A model generated the notes under the pieces. That model had not been told where the DNA came from. It saw only the letters and a list, made by a program, of their open reading frames with translations, and ran no database searches. The position numbers and the translations under genes were made by a program. A DNA stretch of 64,000 nt from the NCBI RefSeq assembly GCF_009931435.1, contig NZ_CP043414.1; one strand, 5' to 3'. This DNA comes from Escherichia coli. GTDB taxonomy: Bacteria; Pseudomonadota; Gammaproteobacteria; Enterobacterales; Enterobacteriaceae. Positions 11,750 to 23,604 of the stretch are shown piece after piece (position 1 is the first letter of the stretch; each line of letters opens with the position of its first letter).

Positions 11750-12499
11750 TCAGTCAATTGTTTTGTTTATTCCATCTGTGACGCCGATTATTTTCTCAAA
11801 ATAATGAGATGGCGTGACACCATAATAATCTTTAAATGCACATATGAAATATGAAGTACTGTTATAGCCACATTTCTGGGCTACGACATTGATAGAATAA
11901 GAGTTTGAAGTTATGAGTTTTTTTGCATACCTCATCCTAGTATCTCTCAATATTTCAGTAAATGACGTTCCTTCATCCCTTAATCTTTTTTTTATTAAAC
12001 TTTCACTCGTATAAATCAATTCCGCAATATCTTTTAAATGCCATTGCCGCTCAATATTAAAACTGATTATTCCAGTAATTTTACAGGTAAATGTATTTAT
12101 ATTTGTTAGTATAAATGAATTTACACTTTCGCGTTTTTTGAACATGGCAAGTAAGGATATACATAGTCTTTCTTTTAACCAAAGGGAGTGTGAGTCTGCT
12201 ATTTTAATCCCTTCAAACAGAGAAAAAACAAGCGATAATGGAGGTTCCTCTTCAGCAATATAGCCATTCTTATCAAGAGTAAATTTGCCAGGCAGCTCAT
12301 TATTCACGTCGATAAAAAAGGATAAACATGTTTTCTTATCTATATCAACAATTCTTAGTTTAGAGGGGCATACTGGTAACTCCCTTCTAATTTTGTCGCT
12401 TACAATAAACAATGAATTTTTTTTGAACGAGATAACTCTCCTGTTTATAATTAAATCAAATGATTGACAGATGAAAACTACGGAGCAAACATAATCCAT
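11750..12499 (-). CDS. appY: AraC-family transcriptional activator AppY
   Basis: ORF track 249 aa; C-terminal AraC HTH; low-GC gene. Confidence 0.82.
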
Positions 12500-13119
12500 C
12501 TTGCACCTATCATAAAATTAAAACAAGTTGATAGTAGTCAAATAACAACCAATTAAATACACAATCATAATCAGGATGATGTGCATTTATATTTTTATAC
12601 ACAAAATTATAGTTTGCAAATTTTAATAAATTTCATTTAAGATTAAATTATTATATGTATGTTGTTTTTTATTCTAACTTATTTCAAAGTTACATTTTTC
12701 AACGCTTACTATGCTTTTTATTAACATAAACTCACTACAACGCACCTGAAACCTCTTGCTATATATATGTCAACCGTTTGAATTTAAAATAAAAAGAGTA
12801 TCATTTTTACTTGCATTTCTTATCAAGTCACATTCAACAACAGTAAAAAAACATTATTAGAACCATTCAATTAACAAAAAACCAACATCCAGCTTGCTTA
12901 ATTTTTCTTTATTAAACGATATTGAAAATCAATTGATAAAATACATCTAAACAACCTTTTGGGGCGCAAAAGCATAACATCAAACAAACAAATAACACAC
13001 CGAAAAAACTCACAATTAATAACCTATGATATACATACTGTTTATTATGGTTGAATAAGCCACTCGATATCTGGTGCTACGGAAGTGTCCACACGGTTTA
13101 GCAGCACCCGATACTTTTT

Positions 13120-13305
13120 TCAGGCTTCCAGCAACGATCTTTCTTCCTCCGTTGCGATTTCCAGATCTACAGCATCCTGCAGTGGCGCAATATACTCACT
13201 GAATTCCTGGATGTAGAACTGTGTAGTGACGGTCTTCCAGCCATTCGGCTCCTGCTGTATTGAAGCATACCAGGCTATTTCAATATCGCTATGCTGCGGC
13301 AGCAT
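13120..13305 (-). pseudogene. tfaX: Tail fibre assembly protein remnant (C-terminal fragment, tfaX-like)
   Basis: 61-aa ORF shares the motif [23 protein letters not shown] with Tfa at 14095..14679; about 130-bp DNA direct repeat. Confidence 0.6.
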
Positions 13306-13443
13306 TTAACCCCTTGTAATTCATTGCCATAATTGATTTAATTCACAAATAAAACTATAACATGGTGAAATTAATAAAAAAACACAGATGATGGGGCTAG
13401 AATTTACACACCACTTACCCTAAAGCTTTATGACTGGTGGGTT

Positions 13444-14040
13444 TTGGGAGTATCAAATCGGCTTGCATGGGGATGTCCTACAAAGGAACACCTTCTTCCA
13501 CACCTTCTTCCACACTTTCTGGAACATTTAGGTAACAACCATCTGGATATTGGTGTTGGAACTGGGTTTTACCTTACTCACGTACCTGAGAGTAGTCTGA
13601 TATCTTTAATGGATTTGAACGAAGCTAGCCTGAACGCGGCATCTACAAGGGCTGGGGAATCAAAAATTAAACATAAAATTAGCCATGATGTTTTTGAACC
13701 TTATCCCGCGGCGTTACATGGTCAATTTGATTCCATTTCCATGTCTTACCTTCTTCACTGCCTGCCTGGAAATATATCTACAAAAAGCTGTGTAATACGC
13801 AATGCGGCGCAGGCCTTAACTGACGATGGAACTCTATACGGAGCCACAATTCTTGGCGATGGAGTTGTGCACAATAGCTTCGGTCAAAAACTGATGCGCA
13901 TTTACAATCAGAAAGGCATCTTTTCAAACACAAAAGATTCCGAAGAAGGCTTAACACATATACTCTCAGAGCATTTCGAGAATGTTAAAACCAAGGTTCA
14001 AGGTACTGTAGTAATGTTTTCCGCTTCAGGAAAAAAATAG
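13444..14040 (+). CDS. ybcY: Putative SAM-dependent methyltransferase-like protein (YbcY-like)
   Basis: ORF track 198 aa; glycine-rich motif LDIGVGTG resembling methyltransferase motif I; lies between tfa and the tfa remnant. Confidence 0.55.
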   Translation: MGVSNRLAWGCPTKEHLLPHLLPHFLEHLGNNHLDIGVGTGFYLTHVPESSLISLMDLNEASLNAASTRAGESKIKHKISHDVFEPYPAALHGQFDSISMSYLLHCLPGNISTKSCVIRNAAQALTDDGTLYGATILGDGVVHNSFGQKLMRIYNQKGIFSNTKDSEEGLTHILSEHFENVKTKVQGTVVMFSASGKK

Positions 14041-14094
14041 CATCCAACCGCAGCATGTTCTTGCTTAAGACGTGCTGCGGCATAATCCCAATGA

Positions 14095-14679
14095 TTACTC
14101 CCTGACAGGGTTCGTAGGCCACTCAATATCAGGTGCAGTTGATGTATCAACACGGTTCAGCAACACCCGATATTTTTTCCAGGCTTCCAGCAATGAGGTT
14201 TCTTCCTCCGTTGCGATTTCCAGATCTACAGCATCCTGAAGTGGCGCAATATGCTCACTGGCTACCTGCATCAGGCTGTTTTTTGTTTCTTCCGCCTCCC
14301 GAATCCGGAACAGTTTTTCTGCTTCTGCATCTTTCACCCAGGCTGTACCGTTCCACTTCTGAAACTCCCCTTCCGGCGATAACCAGGTAACATTTTCCGG
14401 TAACGGACCGAGTTCAGAAATAAATAACGCGTCCCCTGACGCTACGTCATAAACCGTTTTACCCCGATGATCTTCAACGAGATGCCACGATGACTCATCA
14501 CTGTTGAAAACAGCCACGAAGCCAGCTGGAATATCTGGCGGTGCAATGTCGGTACTGTTTGCTGGCAGACCTGTATGAGGCGGAATATATGCGTCACCTT
14601 CACCAATAAATTCATTAGTTCCGGCCAGCAGATTATAAATTGTTATGGTCCGTGGTTGTTCACTCATTCTGAATGCCAT
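14095..14679 (-). CDS. tfa: Tail fibre assembly protein Tfa
   Basis: ORF track 194 aa; start overlaps the stf stop by 1 nt; lambda Tfa-like. Confidence 0.85.
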   Translation of the reverse strand: MAFRMSEQPRTITIYNLLAGTNEFIGEGDAYIPPHTGLPANSTDIAPPDIPAGFVAVFNSDESSWHLVEDHRGKTVYDVASGDALFISELGPLPENVTWLSPEGEFQKWNGTAWVKDAEAEKLFRIREAEETKNSLMQVASEHIAPLQDAVDLEIATEEETSLLEAWKKYRVLLNRVDTSTAPDIEWPTNPVRE

Positions 14680-17600
14680 TATGCAAGCCTCACAATATAG
14701 TTAAATGCGATGTTTTTGACGGTGTTTTCCGCGTTACCAGCAGCGTTAACGGTGATGGTGTGTCCATGTGAGCCAATCGCAACCGAGTGCGTATGAGCAC
14801 CAATACCGACAGTATGTGCGTGTGCACCTGCGCTTGCTGCAGTGCCGGACAGTGAGTGGGTATGAGCACCATCTGATGATGTCTTCCCTGCATTACGAGT
14901 CTGGCCACTACCGCTTGTTGTGCTCATAATCCCCGCGCTTGGATTTGAAATCGCGGTATAACCATTAGGGAAAATGCTCGTGTTCGTGCCACCAAATGCA
15001 CCGGAACTCTTGTGTTGGTGCGCACCGGCACTATTTGCGGTCCCGCTAATACTATGGGTATGCGCCCCGGTGTTATTCGTGGATTTGGTTCCGTAATCAA
15101 ACGACGATGTGGTTTTCGTCCCCAAATCCGTACTGGATGCGCTGGCGCTGTGGGTATGCGATTTAATGCCGTCCTGTTCCTGAGACAATACGGCCCGACC
15201 ACTGGCAGGTTTGCCCTTAATCGTCCAGCCACGCATATCAGGGATCACGCCTGACGGATAAGCCGCTGCAAGTTTCGGGTAGGCAGATTTGTCAAAAGCC
15301 TGCCCCTGCATCAGGGCATAGCCAGACGGAACGGTATCTGATGGCCACGGGATTGGTGCGCCGACTGGGTAGCTTTCTGGTGGAAGATTTTTCGAGGTAT
15401 AAACTTCTGCCCAGTCTTCCTCAAAACCATAGCCATCTCTTGAGGAACGGTAGAACAGACCTCCATTTCTGTAATGCGCCTTCATCTGCAGGGTCCGGCA
15501 ACTTCCGACTCCGGTATAGAAGTTAACCAGAATATAGCTGTCGCCAGAGCGGGTGACATTGTAAGCGCCTGATTCGGCATTCCAGGGAACGCCACCATCC
15601 GCATCGGCATATGTATCCGTTGCCCTTCTGGCAAAAGCAGCCACATGCGCGGCGGTTAAAGTAATATCTTTGGAACCATCAAACTCAACACCAGAAACCA
15701 GTCTTGGCGTTTGCAGCTTTGTTGCTGTTAATGCATTACCGTTCAGACTTGCGGACAGTTTGGTTCCAATAATCAGTTCGCCGGTTGCGTTATCAATAGC
15801 AAACGGTCTTAATGTATTCCAGCCACCATAAACATCACCTTGATTGGTAAGCAGCAGGTAAGTTTTAGCGCCATCATTACGCCATAATGCACCATACTCC
15901 CCACCTATCATTCGAATCTGATTACCACCACGCGCTACAATTTCGTCTGTGGCAAAAAGTTTTTTGCACGACAAGTTATCGTTAACGATTAACGAATGAG
16001 ACTCATAAAAACCACGCCCACTCTTAAAATCAAGGATAACGTCCGCCGCGATACATTCAGTCGCCGGATTTGTTGCCCCAAACTTATAGGTCGTATCATT
16101 AACAACGAGATCAGCACCAGGTGCGGATATTGACAGGCCATCTTCGATAAACGCAAAAACAGGGAAAGCAGCGCCATCAACATAGAACACAGAGCGCAAA
16201 TCATCGCCCTTATTACTCATCATTATTGAGTGGATGGCTCGTTCATTGTTTTGATATTGCCAGAACATTCCATAAGCATAACGCCCCCTGTCAGTCCAGC
16301 CACCAGGCATAACAAATCCGTTAAACTCGCAGTTATTCATCGGATCGCCTGCGGTTCGCGTTGCCGTGGTGATAATGACCCTTGATGCCAGTTCGCTTAC
16401 TGAGCCAGCAGAACGCATAACAACAACAGGGTAATATTTTCCAGATGTTGCACCTGCAGGAGCGTTAACCCGCACATAACGCATACCACGCTTATCAGCA
16501 AAGTCTGTTTTACTGACCGCGTTAATGTTGTTCAGGAAGCGTCCCTTATCGGGTATATCAGCGCCGTTCTGGTCTTTCTGCAGACGTTTCTCTGCATTGT
16601 CATAGGCTGATTTTACTGCCTTTGGCGTTGCCGCCAGCGTTTCAGACGTACTGTTGGTCGCACTGCTGAGCTGTACTACCCCCTTTTTCGTCGTGCTCGC
16701 ATCCTCAAGCGCCACGGCGGATGCAATATCCTCTGCCCGTTTTGCCGCTGTCTCGGCGCGCGTTGCCGCGGATTCCGCCGTACTTTTGCTCTGAGCTGCC
16801 GCCGTCGCACTGCCAGCTGCCTCTGTCGCCTTCGTGGATGCCGTCGTGGCGCTGCTCTTCGCTGCTGACGCTTGTCTGGTCGCCTCATCTTTTGAAGCAG
16901 ACGCAGATGATGCCGATGACGCCGCCGAACTGGCTGACGATGCGGCAGCCGTTTTTGAGGATTCTGCGCTGGTTTCCGACGCTTTCGCGTTCGTTTCGGA
17001 TGTCTTCGCTGCGGAAGCAGAACTCGCTGCTGCGCTGGCCTGTTCAGTGGCTTCGCCAGCCTTCGTTGTGGCTGTTGAAGCAGACGATGCGGCACTTTCT
17101 GCCGACTTTCCGGCAGCGGTGGCACTGGCTGAGGCCTGCCCGGCACTTGTTGACGCGGCGCTGGCAGATGATGCAGCCGCTGTTTTTGAGTCTGCTGCTG
17201 CGGAGGCACTCTGTTCCGCTGCCGTCTCAGAAGACTTAGCGTTCGTCTCGGACGTTTTTGCCGCCTTCGCGGAATTTCCTGCCGCCGTTGCCGAGGAAGC
17301 TGCGCTACTGGCGCTCGAGGATGCGTTCGTTTCTGATGATTTCGCTGCCTCTTTTGAGGCCGCCGCATCCCTGGCTGAGGTGGCAGCTTCTGACGCTTTC
17401 CTGGTCGCGGTGGATGCAGAAGTGGCTGCTGATTGTTGTGACGCTGCGGCATTCGTTTCTGACGTTTTCGCCGCACCGGCACTGGTGGCCGCCGCGCTTT
17501 TTGAGGACTCTGCAGCGGCAGCACTTTTTTCCGCTTCAGTGGCCTTTGCTGATGCCGTTCCTGCGCTGGAAGATGCTGACTGAGCCGACGACGCGGCCTG

Positions 17601-18086
17601 TCCGGCTGACGTGCTGGCTGCGCGTGCTGAGCCTGCAGCATCAGTCGCATGGGTTGCCGCCTCACTGGCAGATGTGCTGGCATCGCCGGCTGACTTCTTC
17701 GCGGCTGCCGTGTTTTGTGCCACCGCGGACGCGTTACGCGCCACCTCTTCCACCATCAGTTCAAAACGGCGCAGAGCCTCCGGACGGGCATCATCCTCCG
17801 TCATGGCACCGAGAAAATCATTCAGCGTACCGGGTCGGGAATCTTCATACACGGTGATGGTCCCGGCATGTGACGGCGGGAATCCTTCCACCAACAGAAT
17901 AACGCTGTACTGACCGTACTCAACGTCCATGCTGTAACGCCCGGCTTCATCCGGATTTTCTGAGGCCAGCGTGTTCACCACCACCGCGGTGCTGTTACGT
18001 TTTGCTTTCAGCTGGATTGTGCAGTTCTGTACCGGTTTTCCTGTGCCGTCTTTCAGTACACCTGAAATCTTTACTGCCATATTCAC
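14679..18086 (-). CDS. stf: Side tail fibre protein Stf with Ala/Ser/Thr-rich repeat region and His-rich C-terminal repeats
   Basis: ORF track 1135 aa; N-terminus and C-terminal GAHTHS/GAHAHT repeats match lambda Stf by recall; central region differs. Confidence 0.85.
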   Translation of the reverse strand: MNMAVKISGVLKDGTGKPVQNCTIQLKAKRNSTAVVVNTLASENPDEAGRYSMDVEYGQYSVILLVEGFPPSHAGTITVYEDSRPGTLNDFLGAMTEDDARPEALRRFELMVEEVARNASAVAQNTAAAKKSAGDASTSASEAATHATDAAGSARAASTSAGQAASSAQSASSSAGTASAKATEAEKSAAAAESSKSAAATSAGAAKTSETNAAASQQSAATSASTATRKASEAATSARDAAASKEAAKSSETNASSSASSAASSATAAGNSAKAAKTSETNAKSSETAAEQSASAAADSKTAAASSASAASTSAGQASASATAAGKSAESAASSASTATTKAGEATEQASAAASSASAAKTSETNAKASETSAESSKTAAASSASSAASSASSASASKDEATRQASAAKSSATTASTKATEAAGSATAAAQSKSTAESAATRAETAAKRAEDIASAVALEDASTTKKGVVQLSSATNSTSETLAATPKAVKSAYDNAEKRLQKDQNGADIPDKGRFLNNINAVSKTDFADKRGMRYVRVNAPAGATSGKYYPVVVMRSAGSVSELASRVIITTATRTAGDPMNNCEFNGFVMPGGWTDRGRYAYGMFWQYQNNERAIHSIMMSNKGDDLRSVFYVDGAAFPVFAFIEDGLSISAPGADLVVNDTTYKFGATNPATECIAADVILDFKSGRGFYESHSLIVNDNLSCKKLFATDEIVARGGNQIRMIGGEYGALWRNDGAKTYLLLTNQGDVYGGWNTLRPFAIDNATGELIIGTKLSASLNGNALTATKLQTPRLVSGVEFDGSKDITLTAAHVAAFARRATDTYADADGGVPWNAESGAYNVTRSGDSYILVNFYTGVGSCRTLQMKAHYRNGGLFYRSSRDGYGFEEDWAEVYTSKNLPPESYPVGAPIPWPSDTVPSGYALMQGQAFDKSAYPKLAAAYPSGVIPDMRGWTIKGKPASGRAVLSQEQDGIKSHTHSASASSTDLGTKTTSSFDYGTKSTNNTGAHTHSISGTANSAGAHQHKSSGAFGGTNTSIFPNGYTAISNPSAGIMSTTSGSGQTRNAGKTSSDGAHTHSLSGTAASAGAHAHTVGIGAHTHSVAIGSHGHTITVNAAGNAENTVKNIAFNYIVRLA

Positions 18087-18144
18087 CCCACAAAAAAGCC
18101 CGCCTGAACAGGCGGGCTGTCATAACACTGTGTTACCTGGCTAA

Positions 18145-18744
18145 TCAGAACTTATAACCGACACCCACGATGAAACCGTCAGTGCGCCAGTCGCCACTGC
18201 CGGAGCCTTCATAAGCAATATCAATGGCCACGGATTCGGTCGGGTTAAACTACACGCCAGCTCCCCACGCCAGAGACGTGTTGCTGTGGCGACCGTCATC
18301 ACTTCCGGTCAGCACGTCGTGCGTTTTCCCCTTGTTGTCAGTTACGCGGAGATAATCCCCGGAGAAAGTCGACACACGGCTGTAAGCCATACCCGCCATC
18401 GCATACGCGCTGAACCATTCATTCACGCGCACAGACGGCCCCACCATCACGCTGAACCAGCGGTTACGCACGGAATCTTCATGCCAGCGGGTATTGCTGT
18501 AACGGGTAAGCTGGCGATTCTTGTCTCCTGCATAGCTGAATGACGTCACCAGCCCCAGTGTGTCCGTAAACTCATAACGGTATTTCACGTTAATCCCGTT
18601 AAGATCATCGCTGCCGGGAACGTTCGTCGAGGCATGAAGATACCCCGCGCTCAGCGTGGACTGATGTTCAGATGCCCATGCAGGCGCACCGGATACGGTC
18701 AGACAAATGGCTGCGGACAAAATGGCGGCATAAAGTTTACGCAT
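18145..18744 (-). pseudogene. lom: Lom-family (Ail/Lom) outer membrane protein gene interrupted by an in-frame amber codon
   Basis: ORF track 18250..18744 (164 aa) ends at TAG; the same frame continues 35 codons to a beta-barrel-type C-terminus ...GVGYKF then TGA. Confidence 0.7.
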
Positions 18745-18813
18745 AATTACCTCTCGCTTTTCTGCAATAAAAAAGGCACCATTTCTGGTGCCCTTATATG
18801 GGTTATAACAATT

Positions 18814-21800
18814 TCAACGAATACTGATGCCGGAAGCGGCTTTTTTGGTCACAATCACCGTACAGTCGGTGATATTACCTGCCCACTGATTGCCTTTATG
18901 GAAAACCTTAAACTCCAGAGTGACGCTTCCCCTGCCACTCGGCATATCAATAACCGCACTGTAGCTACCGGGAATGGCCCCTTTAGTTTCTCTGGATGCG
19001 ATTAATACACCGTTTTTGCGAACTTCAAAACCATAACCCGTGTATCTTGTACCTCCCGGGTTATTACCACTTCCCGGATCGCTATACGCTATTCCGTTAA
19101 AGATAATGGGCGGAATAATGATTTGACGGTCAAAGTTATGATCATCGCTGATGGTGACTGTAACCGTCCCGTTTGGTGTTTCCGTGTTACCCCACGTACC
19201 AGCCTGTTTCGGAAATGATTTGGATACAGCTTTAACGAAGTCACCTCTGACCTGAGTCGCCTCCAGCATGCCCTTAATTGTACAGTTTTCATTTACCGTG
19301 ACATTGTTGAGCGTCCCGGCGTTCGCATTCACACTGCCACTGATATCCGCATTTTTAGCGGTCAGCTTTCCGTCTGATGTCAGGGAAAATACCGGTGGAT
19401 TTCCACCGCTGGTAATGGTGGGGGCCGTCAGGCGCTTCAGGAACACGTCGTTCATGAATATCTGGTTGCCCTGCGCCACAAACATCGGCGTTTCATTCCC
19501 GTTTGCCGGGTCAATAAACGCGATACGATTGGCGGCAACCAGAAACTGGCTCAGCTTGCCTTCCTCCGTGTCCTCCATGCTGAGGCCAATACCCGCGACA
19601 TAATGTTTGCCGTCTTTGGTCTGCTCAATTTTGACGCCCCACATCGCATTCCATTTATCGTTAGCGTCCTTCCACTCTTTCGAAAACTCATCCAGTCTGC
19701 TGGCGTTATCCTCCGTCAGATCAACTTTTTCCAGCAGCTCTTTACCGAGATGGGATTCGGTTATCTTGCCTTTGAAAAAATCCAGGTAACCTTCCGCATC
19801 ATCGCTCGCCCGACCAACAGCCTCCACGAATGCCGATTTGCCAACGGTGTTCACACTGCGAACGTAAAAATAATAATCATGGCCCGGTTTGATATTGATA
19901 CTGGCGGCTATCCAGTACAGTGCCGTACCAAGATAACGCGCGCTGGTTTCAACCTGCCTGATATCCGCAATCCGTTTTTCCGAGAACCAGAACTCAAACT
20001 GTACCGTCGGGTCATAAACCGCAAGATGCGGCGTGGCGGTTATCTGAAAATAGCCCGGCGTCAGCTCAATCCGCGACGGCGCTGCCGGTGCGGCAATCCG
20101 GAACGATACCGACGCCGGATCGCCCTGCTGTCCCCACGCATTTACCGCCCGGACTGTCAGCGTGTACCGTCCCAGCGCCAGTTGCGTGAAGCGGTATGTG
20201 GTTTCCGTCGTCCGGGCCGTGCTGACCAGCCGCTCACTGCCGTCATCCGCTGTTACGGTCAGACGGAGCAGGAAGCTCACGCCCTTCACCACCTTCGGCG
20301 TGTCCCAGCGCGCCAGCACCTGATATTCCCCGCTGTCTGCGGTGACTTCGGCAGTCAGGTGCTGCACCGCTGGCGGCGTGACACCATTCACCGTGCCGCT
20401 CTGGTCGCCGTCAAAGTGCGCCCCGTTATCCACGATGGCTTCTTTTTCCGGTACATGCTGCACGGCGGTGATGGCATACGTGCCGTCGTCGTTCTCACGG
20501 ATACTCACGCAGCGGAACAGGCGCTGGCGCAGCGTCGGCAGCTTCAGCCCCCACACGCTGTATTCAGCAACGCCGTCAGGAACACGGCTCACTTTCACCT
20601 TCACGCCGTCGGTGACGGACTGAACCTCCACGCTGACCGGATTGCCACTTCCGTCAACCAGGCTTATCAGCGTGGTACCGGAGGATGGCAGCGTGATTTC
20701 ACGGTCGAGCGTCAGCGTCCGGGTCTGGCTGTTTACCGCCAGCACGCGCCCGCCGGTGCTGATACCGGCATAGTCATCATCACAGATTTCAATGACATCG
20801 CCCGGCACATGGCGAAGCCCTTCTGCGCCCACGCTGAAGTCCACGGTCTGCGTTTCCAGCAGTTCTGTTTTAATCAGCCATAGCCCGGCGCGATGTGCCT
20901 GCCCCCGGCTGGTACAGCCAAAGGCATCCATCTTCGTGACGTTACGACCGTAACGGGCAATGGCCTGCGTGTCCTCCACAAGCTCTGTCGCCGTCTCCCA
21001 GCCGTTATTCGGGTCAATCCAGTTCACCTCAACGGCATTATGGCGGTCCTTCAGGGCGCTGAAGCTGTAGCGGAACGGCGCGCCATCATCCGGCATCACC
21101 ACATTACTGCGGTTATAGGTCCACACCTTATCCGATGGTCGGTCCTGCACGAACGTCAGCGTCTGCCCGTTCCATACCGGCATACAGCGCATCGCCGAGC
21201 AGAAATCACTGAGCACATCCCACGCCTTGCGCTGTGTGGTCAGGTACGCATTACAGGTGATGCGCGGCTCCGTGCCGCCAAAGCCGTCCGGCACTGACTG
21301 GTCGCAGTACTGGCCGATGACATACAGCGCCCATTTATCCACATCCGCCGCACCAAGACGTTTCCCCATGCCGTAGCGCGGATGGGTCAGCATATCCCAC
21401 AGACACCAGGCCATGTTGTTGCTGTATGCCGGTTTAAACGTTCCGTCCCAGATACCGCTGTATTGCCGCGTCTGCGGGTTATAGTTCGACGGCACCTGCA
21501 GAATGCGCCCGCGCAGATGATAATTACGGCTCACCTGCTGGCTGCCGAACTGCTCCGAATCCACCTGCACGCCGACCAGTGCCGTGTTCGGGTAGCCCTG
21601 TTTCACATCGATGATTTCGGTGTATGACGACCAGAGCGTTTTGTTCTGCAGCTGGTCTGTGGTGCTGTCCGGCGTCATCCTGCGCATCCGGATATTGAAC
21701 GGGCGCGGCGGCAGGTTACCCACCACCACCGAGGCCAGATACTGCGAGGTGGTTTTGCCCTTAATGGTGATGTCTTTTTCCGTCACCCAGCCACCATTAC

Positions 21801-22227
21801 GCTGGATCTGAACCAGCAGGCGGACTTCCGACGGATTCCTGTCCCCCTTTGAGGTGGTTTCCACCAGTGCCTGCACGCCGAAGGTAAAACGCAGTCGGTC
21901 AATGTTTGCCGACGTGATGGTCCGGGTGATCGGCGTGTCGTATTTCACTTCCGTACCCAGCACCGTCTCGGAGCCGGAGGATTCAAATCCCTCCGGCGGT
22001 GTCTGCTCCTGCTCACCGGCCCGGAACACCACCGTGACGCCGGAGATATTGGTATTCCCCTCACTGTCCAGCACTGGCGTACTGTTCAGCAGCACGCTTT
22101 TTAATCCATCCACCGGACCTTCAACCGGCCCTTCGCTGATGGCATCGATCACACTCAGCAACTGCGTGGACTTCAGGTTGTCCTTCGCTTCGCGCGGAGT
22201 ATGCCCCTTACTGCTGCCTTTACCCAT
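18814..22227 (-). CDS. J: Tail tip host specificity protein J
   Basis: ORF track 1137 aa; lambda gpJ-like; follows tail assembly genes. Confidence 0.93.
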   Translation of the reverse strand: MGKGSSKGHTPREAKDNLKSTQLLSVIDAISEGPVEGPVDGLKSVLLNSTPVLDSEGNTNISGVTVVFRAGEQEQTPPEGFESSGSETVLGTEVKYDTPITRTITSANIDRLRFTFGVQALVETTSKGDRNPSEVRLLVQIQRNGGWVTEKDITIKGKTTSQYLASVVVGNLPPRPFNIRMRRMTPDSTTDQLQNKTLWSSYTEIIDVKQGYPNTALVGVQVDSEQFGSQQVSRNYHLRGRILQVPSNYNPQTRQYSGIWDGTFKPAYSNNMAWCLWDMLTHPRYGMGKRLGAADVDKWALYVIGQYCDQSVPDGFGGTEPRITCNAYLTTQRKAWDVLSDFCSAMRCMPVWNGQTLTFVQDRPSDKVWTYNRSNVVMPDDGAPFRYSFSALKDRHNAVEVNWIDPNNGWETATELVEDTQAIARYGRNVTKMDAFGCTSRGQAHRAGLWLIKTELLETQTVDFSVGAEGLRHVPGDVIEICDDDYAGISTGGRVLAVNSQTRTLTLDREITLPSSGTTLISLVDGSGNPVSVEVQSVTDGVKVKVSRVPDGVAEYSVWGLKLPTLRQRLFRCVSIRENDDGTYAITAVQHVPEKEAIVDNGAHFDGDQSGTVNGVTPPAVQHLTAEVTADSGEYQVLARWDTPKVVKGVSFLLRLTVTADDGSERLVSTARTTETTYRFTQLALGRYTLTVRAVNAWGQQGDPASVSFRIAAPAAPSRIELTPGYFQITATPHLAVYDPTVQFEFWFSEKRIADIRQVETSARYLGTALYWIAASINIKPGHDYYFYVRSVNTVGKSAFVEAVGRASDDAEGYLDFFKGKITESHLGKELLEKVDLTEDNASRLDEFSKEWKDANDKWNAMWGVKIEQTKDGKHYVAGIGLSMEDTEEGKLSQFLVAANRIAFIDPANGNETPMFVAQGNQIFMNDVFLKRLTAPTITSGGNPPVFSLTSDGKLTAKNADISGSVNANAGTLNNVTVNENCTIKGMLEATQVRGDFVKAVSKSFPKQAGTWGNTETPNGTVTVTISDDHNFDRQIIIPPIIFNGIAYSDPGSGNNPGGTRYTGYGFEVRKNGVLIASRETKGAIPGSYSAVIDMPSGRGSVTLEFKVFHKGNQWAGNITDCTVIVTKKAASGISIR

Positions 22228-22286
22228 TCCTCACGCTCCATAAACGACAAAACCGCCCGGAGGCGGTTTCACATAAACGTTTTTCA

Positions 22287-22958
22287 TCAGCGACCAATCA
22301 CCACAACCTGACCACCATCCCCTTCGTCTGCCGTGCTGATCTCCTGAGAGACCACCCGCGACCCCACGCGCATTTCACCGTACAGAACCGGCAGAACATT
22401 GCCCTGGGCAACCATGTTATCCAGTGAGGAGAAATAGGTGTTCTGTTTGCCGTTATCCGTTGTCTGTGTACGGGGAGTTCTGGCTTTCGGTGCCAGCATC
22501 TGCGCCACACCACCGAGCACCATACTGGCACCGAGAGAAAACAGGATGCCGGTCATACCACCGGCCCCAATGGCTGCCCCCCATGCTGCAAGGGTGGCCC
22601 CGGCGGTAAAGAATGATCCGGCAATGGCGGCAGCCCCCAGGACAATCTGGAATACGCCACCTGACTTGGCCCCGGCGACTCTGGGAACAATATGAATCAC
22701 AGCGCCATCAGGTAGAGTCTCATGTAACTGCGCCGTTAATCCGGACGTGCTGACATCCTGCCCGGCAATCCGTACCTGATACCAGCCGTCGCTCAGTTTC
22801 TGACGAAACGCCGGGAGCTGTGTGGCCAGCGCCCGAATGGCTTCAGCCCCCGTTTTCACACGAAGGTCGATGCGGCGGCCAAATCGTTGCAAATCCCCGT
22901 AAAGGCAGATGCGCGCCATGCCCGGTGACGCCAGAGGGAGTGTGTGCGTCGCTGCCAT
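22287..22958 (-). CDS. I: Tail assembly protein I
   Basis: ORF track 223 aa, same length as lambda gpI; position between K and J. Confidence 0.88.
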   Translation of the reverse strand: MAATHTLPLASPGMARICLYGDLQRFGRRIDLRVKTGAEAIRALATQLPAFRQKLSDGWYQVRIAGQDVSTSGLTAQLHETLPDGAVIHIVPRVAGAKSGGVFQIVLGAAAIAGSFFTAGATLAAWGAAIGAGGMTGILFSLGASMVLGGVAQMLAPKARTPRTQTTDNGKQNTYFSSLDNMVAQGNVLPVLYGEMRVGSRVVSQEISTADEGDGGQVVVIGR

Positions 22959-23599
22959 TTGTCGGTATACCTCTCTCGTTTGCTCAGTTGTTCAGGAATA
23001 TGGTGCAGCAGCTCGCCATCACCACAGTAAATGGCGGCATGATTCGGCACCGATGAACCAAAACAGCACAGCAGCACATCGCCCGGTTGTGCTGATGACA
23101 ACGGCACCTGATACAGCCCTGTGGCCTCCAGATTATCCAGATAGAGATTCTGACCGTGACGCCACCAGTCATCCTCGCGATGAAAATCCGGCATCTCAAT
23201 CCCCGCCAGATGATAAGCATCCCGGAATAGCGTGTAACAGTCCGTCACCCCGTGTTCAAAGCGCCGCCCGGTGAGATGCGGCACACAGCGGAACTTATGA
23301 ATCGTCCCCCGGCAGACCAGCCACCACGGCAAATCACTCTGCACCTGCAGCCGCCGGTCAGCCTCACTCAGCCAGGGCAGACCACCGGGGTGGCTGTGGA
23401 CCAGCGCCACAATCTCACCCTGCATCTCTGCCCGCAGCCAGTCCTCCGGCGACATCCGGAAATACTCCTCCGGCTCACCGGAGATATTCACGCAGGGAAA
23501 ATATCTTTCCCCTTCCGGCGTTCTCACCACGAAGCCGCACGACTCCGCTGGCGCACATCGCCGGGCGTGCGCCAGAATCGCTGATTCTGTCTCTGTCAT
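22856..23599 (-). CDS. K: Tail assembly protein K (NlpC/P60-type domain); 3' boundary uncertain
   Basis: ORF track 247 aa overlapping I; lambda gpK-like. Confidence 0.8.
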   Translation of the reverse strand: MTETESAILAHARRCAPAESCGFVVRTPEGERYFPCVNISGEPEEYFRMSPEDWLRAEMQGEIVALVHSHPGGLPWLSEADRRLQVQSDLPWWLVCRGTIHKFRCVPHLTGRRFEHGVTDCYTLFRDAYHLAGIEMPDFHREDDWWRHGQNLYLDNLEATGLYQVPLSSAQPGDVLLCCFGSSVPNHAAIYCGDGELLHHIPEQLSKRERYTDKWQRRTHSLWRHRAWRASAFTGICNDLAAASTFV

Positions 23600-23604
23600 G
23601 GGAT

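Noticed and set aside
16676-17683. Long ORFs in alternative frames (335 aa Arg/Pro/Gln-rich on the minus strand; 249, 172 and 199 aa on the plus strand) across the Stf repeat region
   Set aside because: Frame shadows of the GC-rich Ala/Ser codon repeats of stf; low-complexity translations with no start context
19603-20883. 426-aa plus-strand ORF antisense to tail tip gene J
   Set aside because: Lies entirely inside the well-supported J gene on the other strand; Arg-rich composition typical of antisense translation of a GC-rich gene
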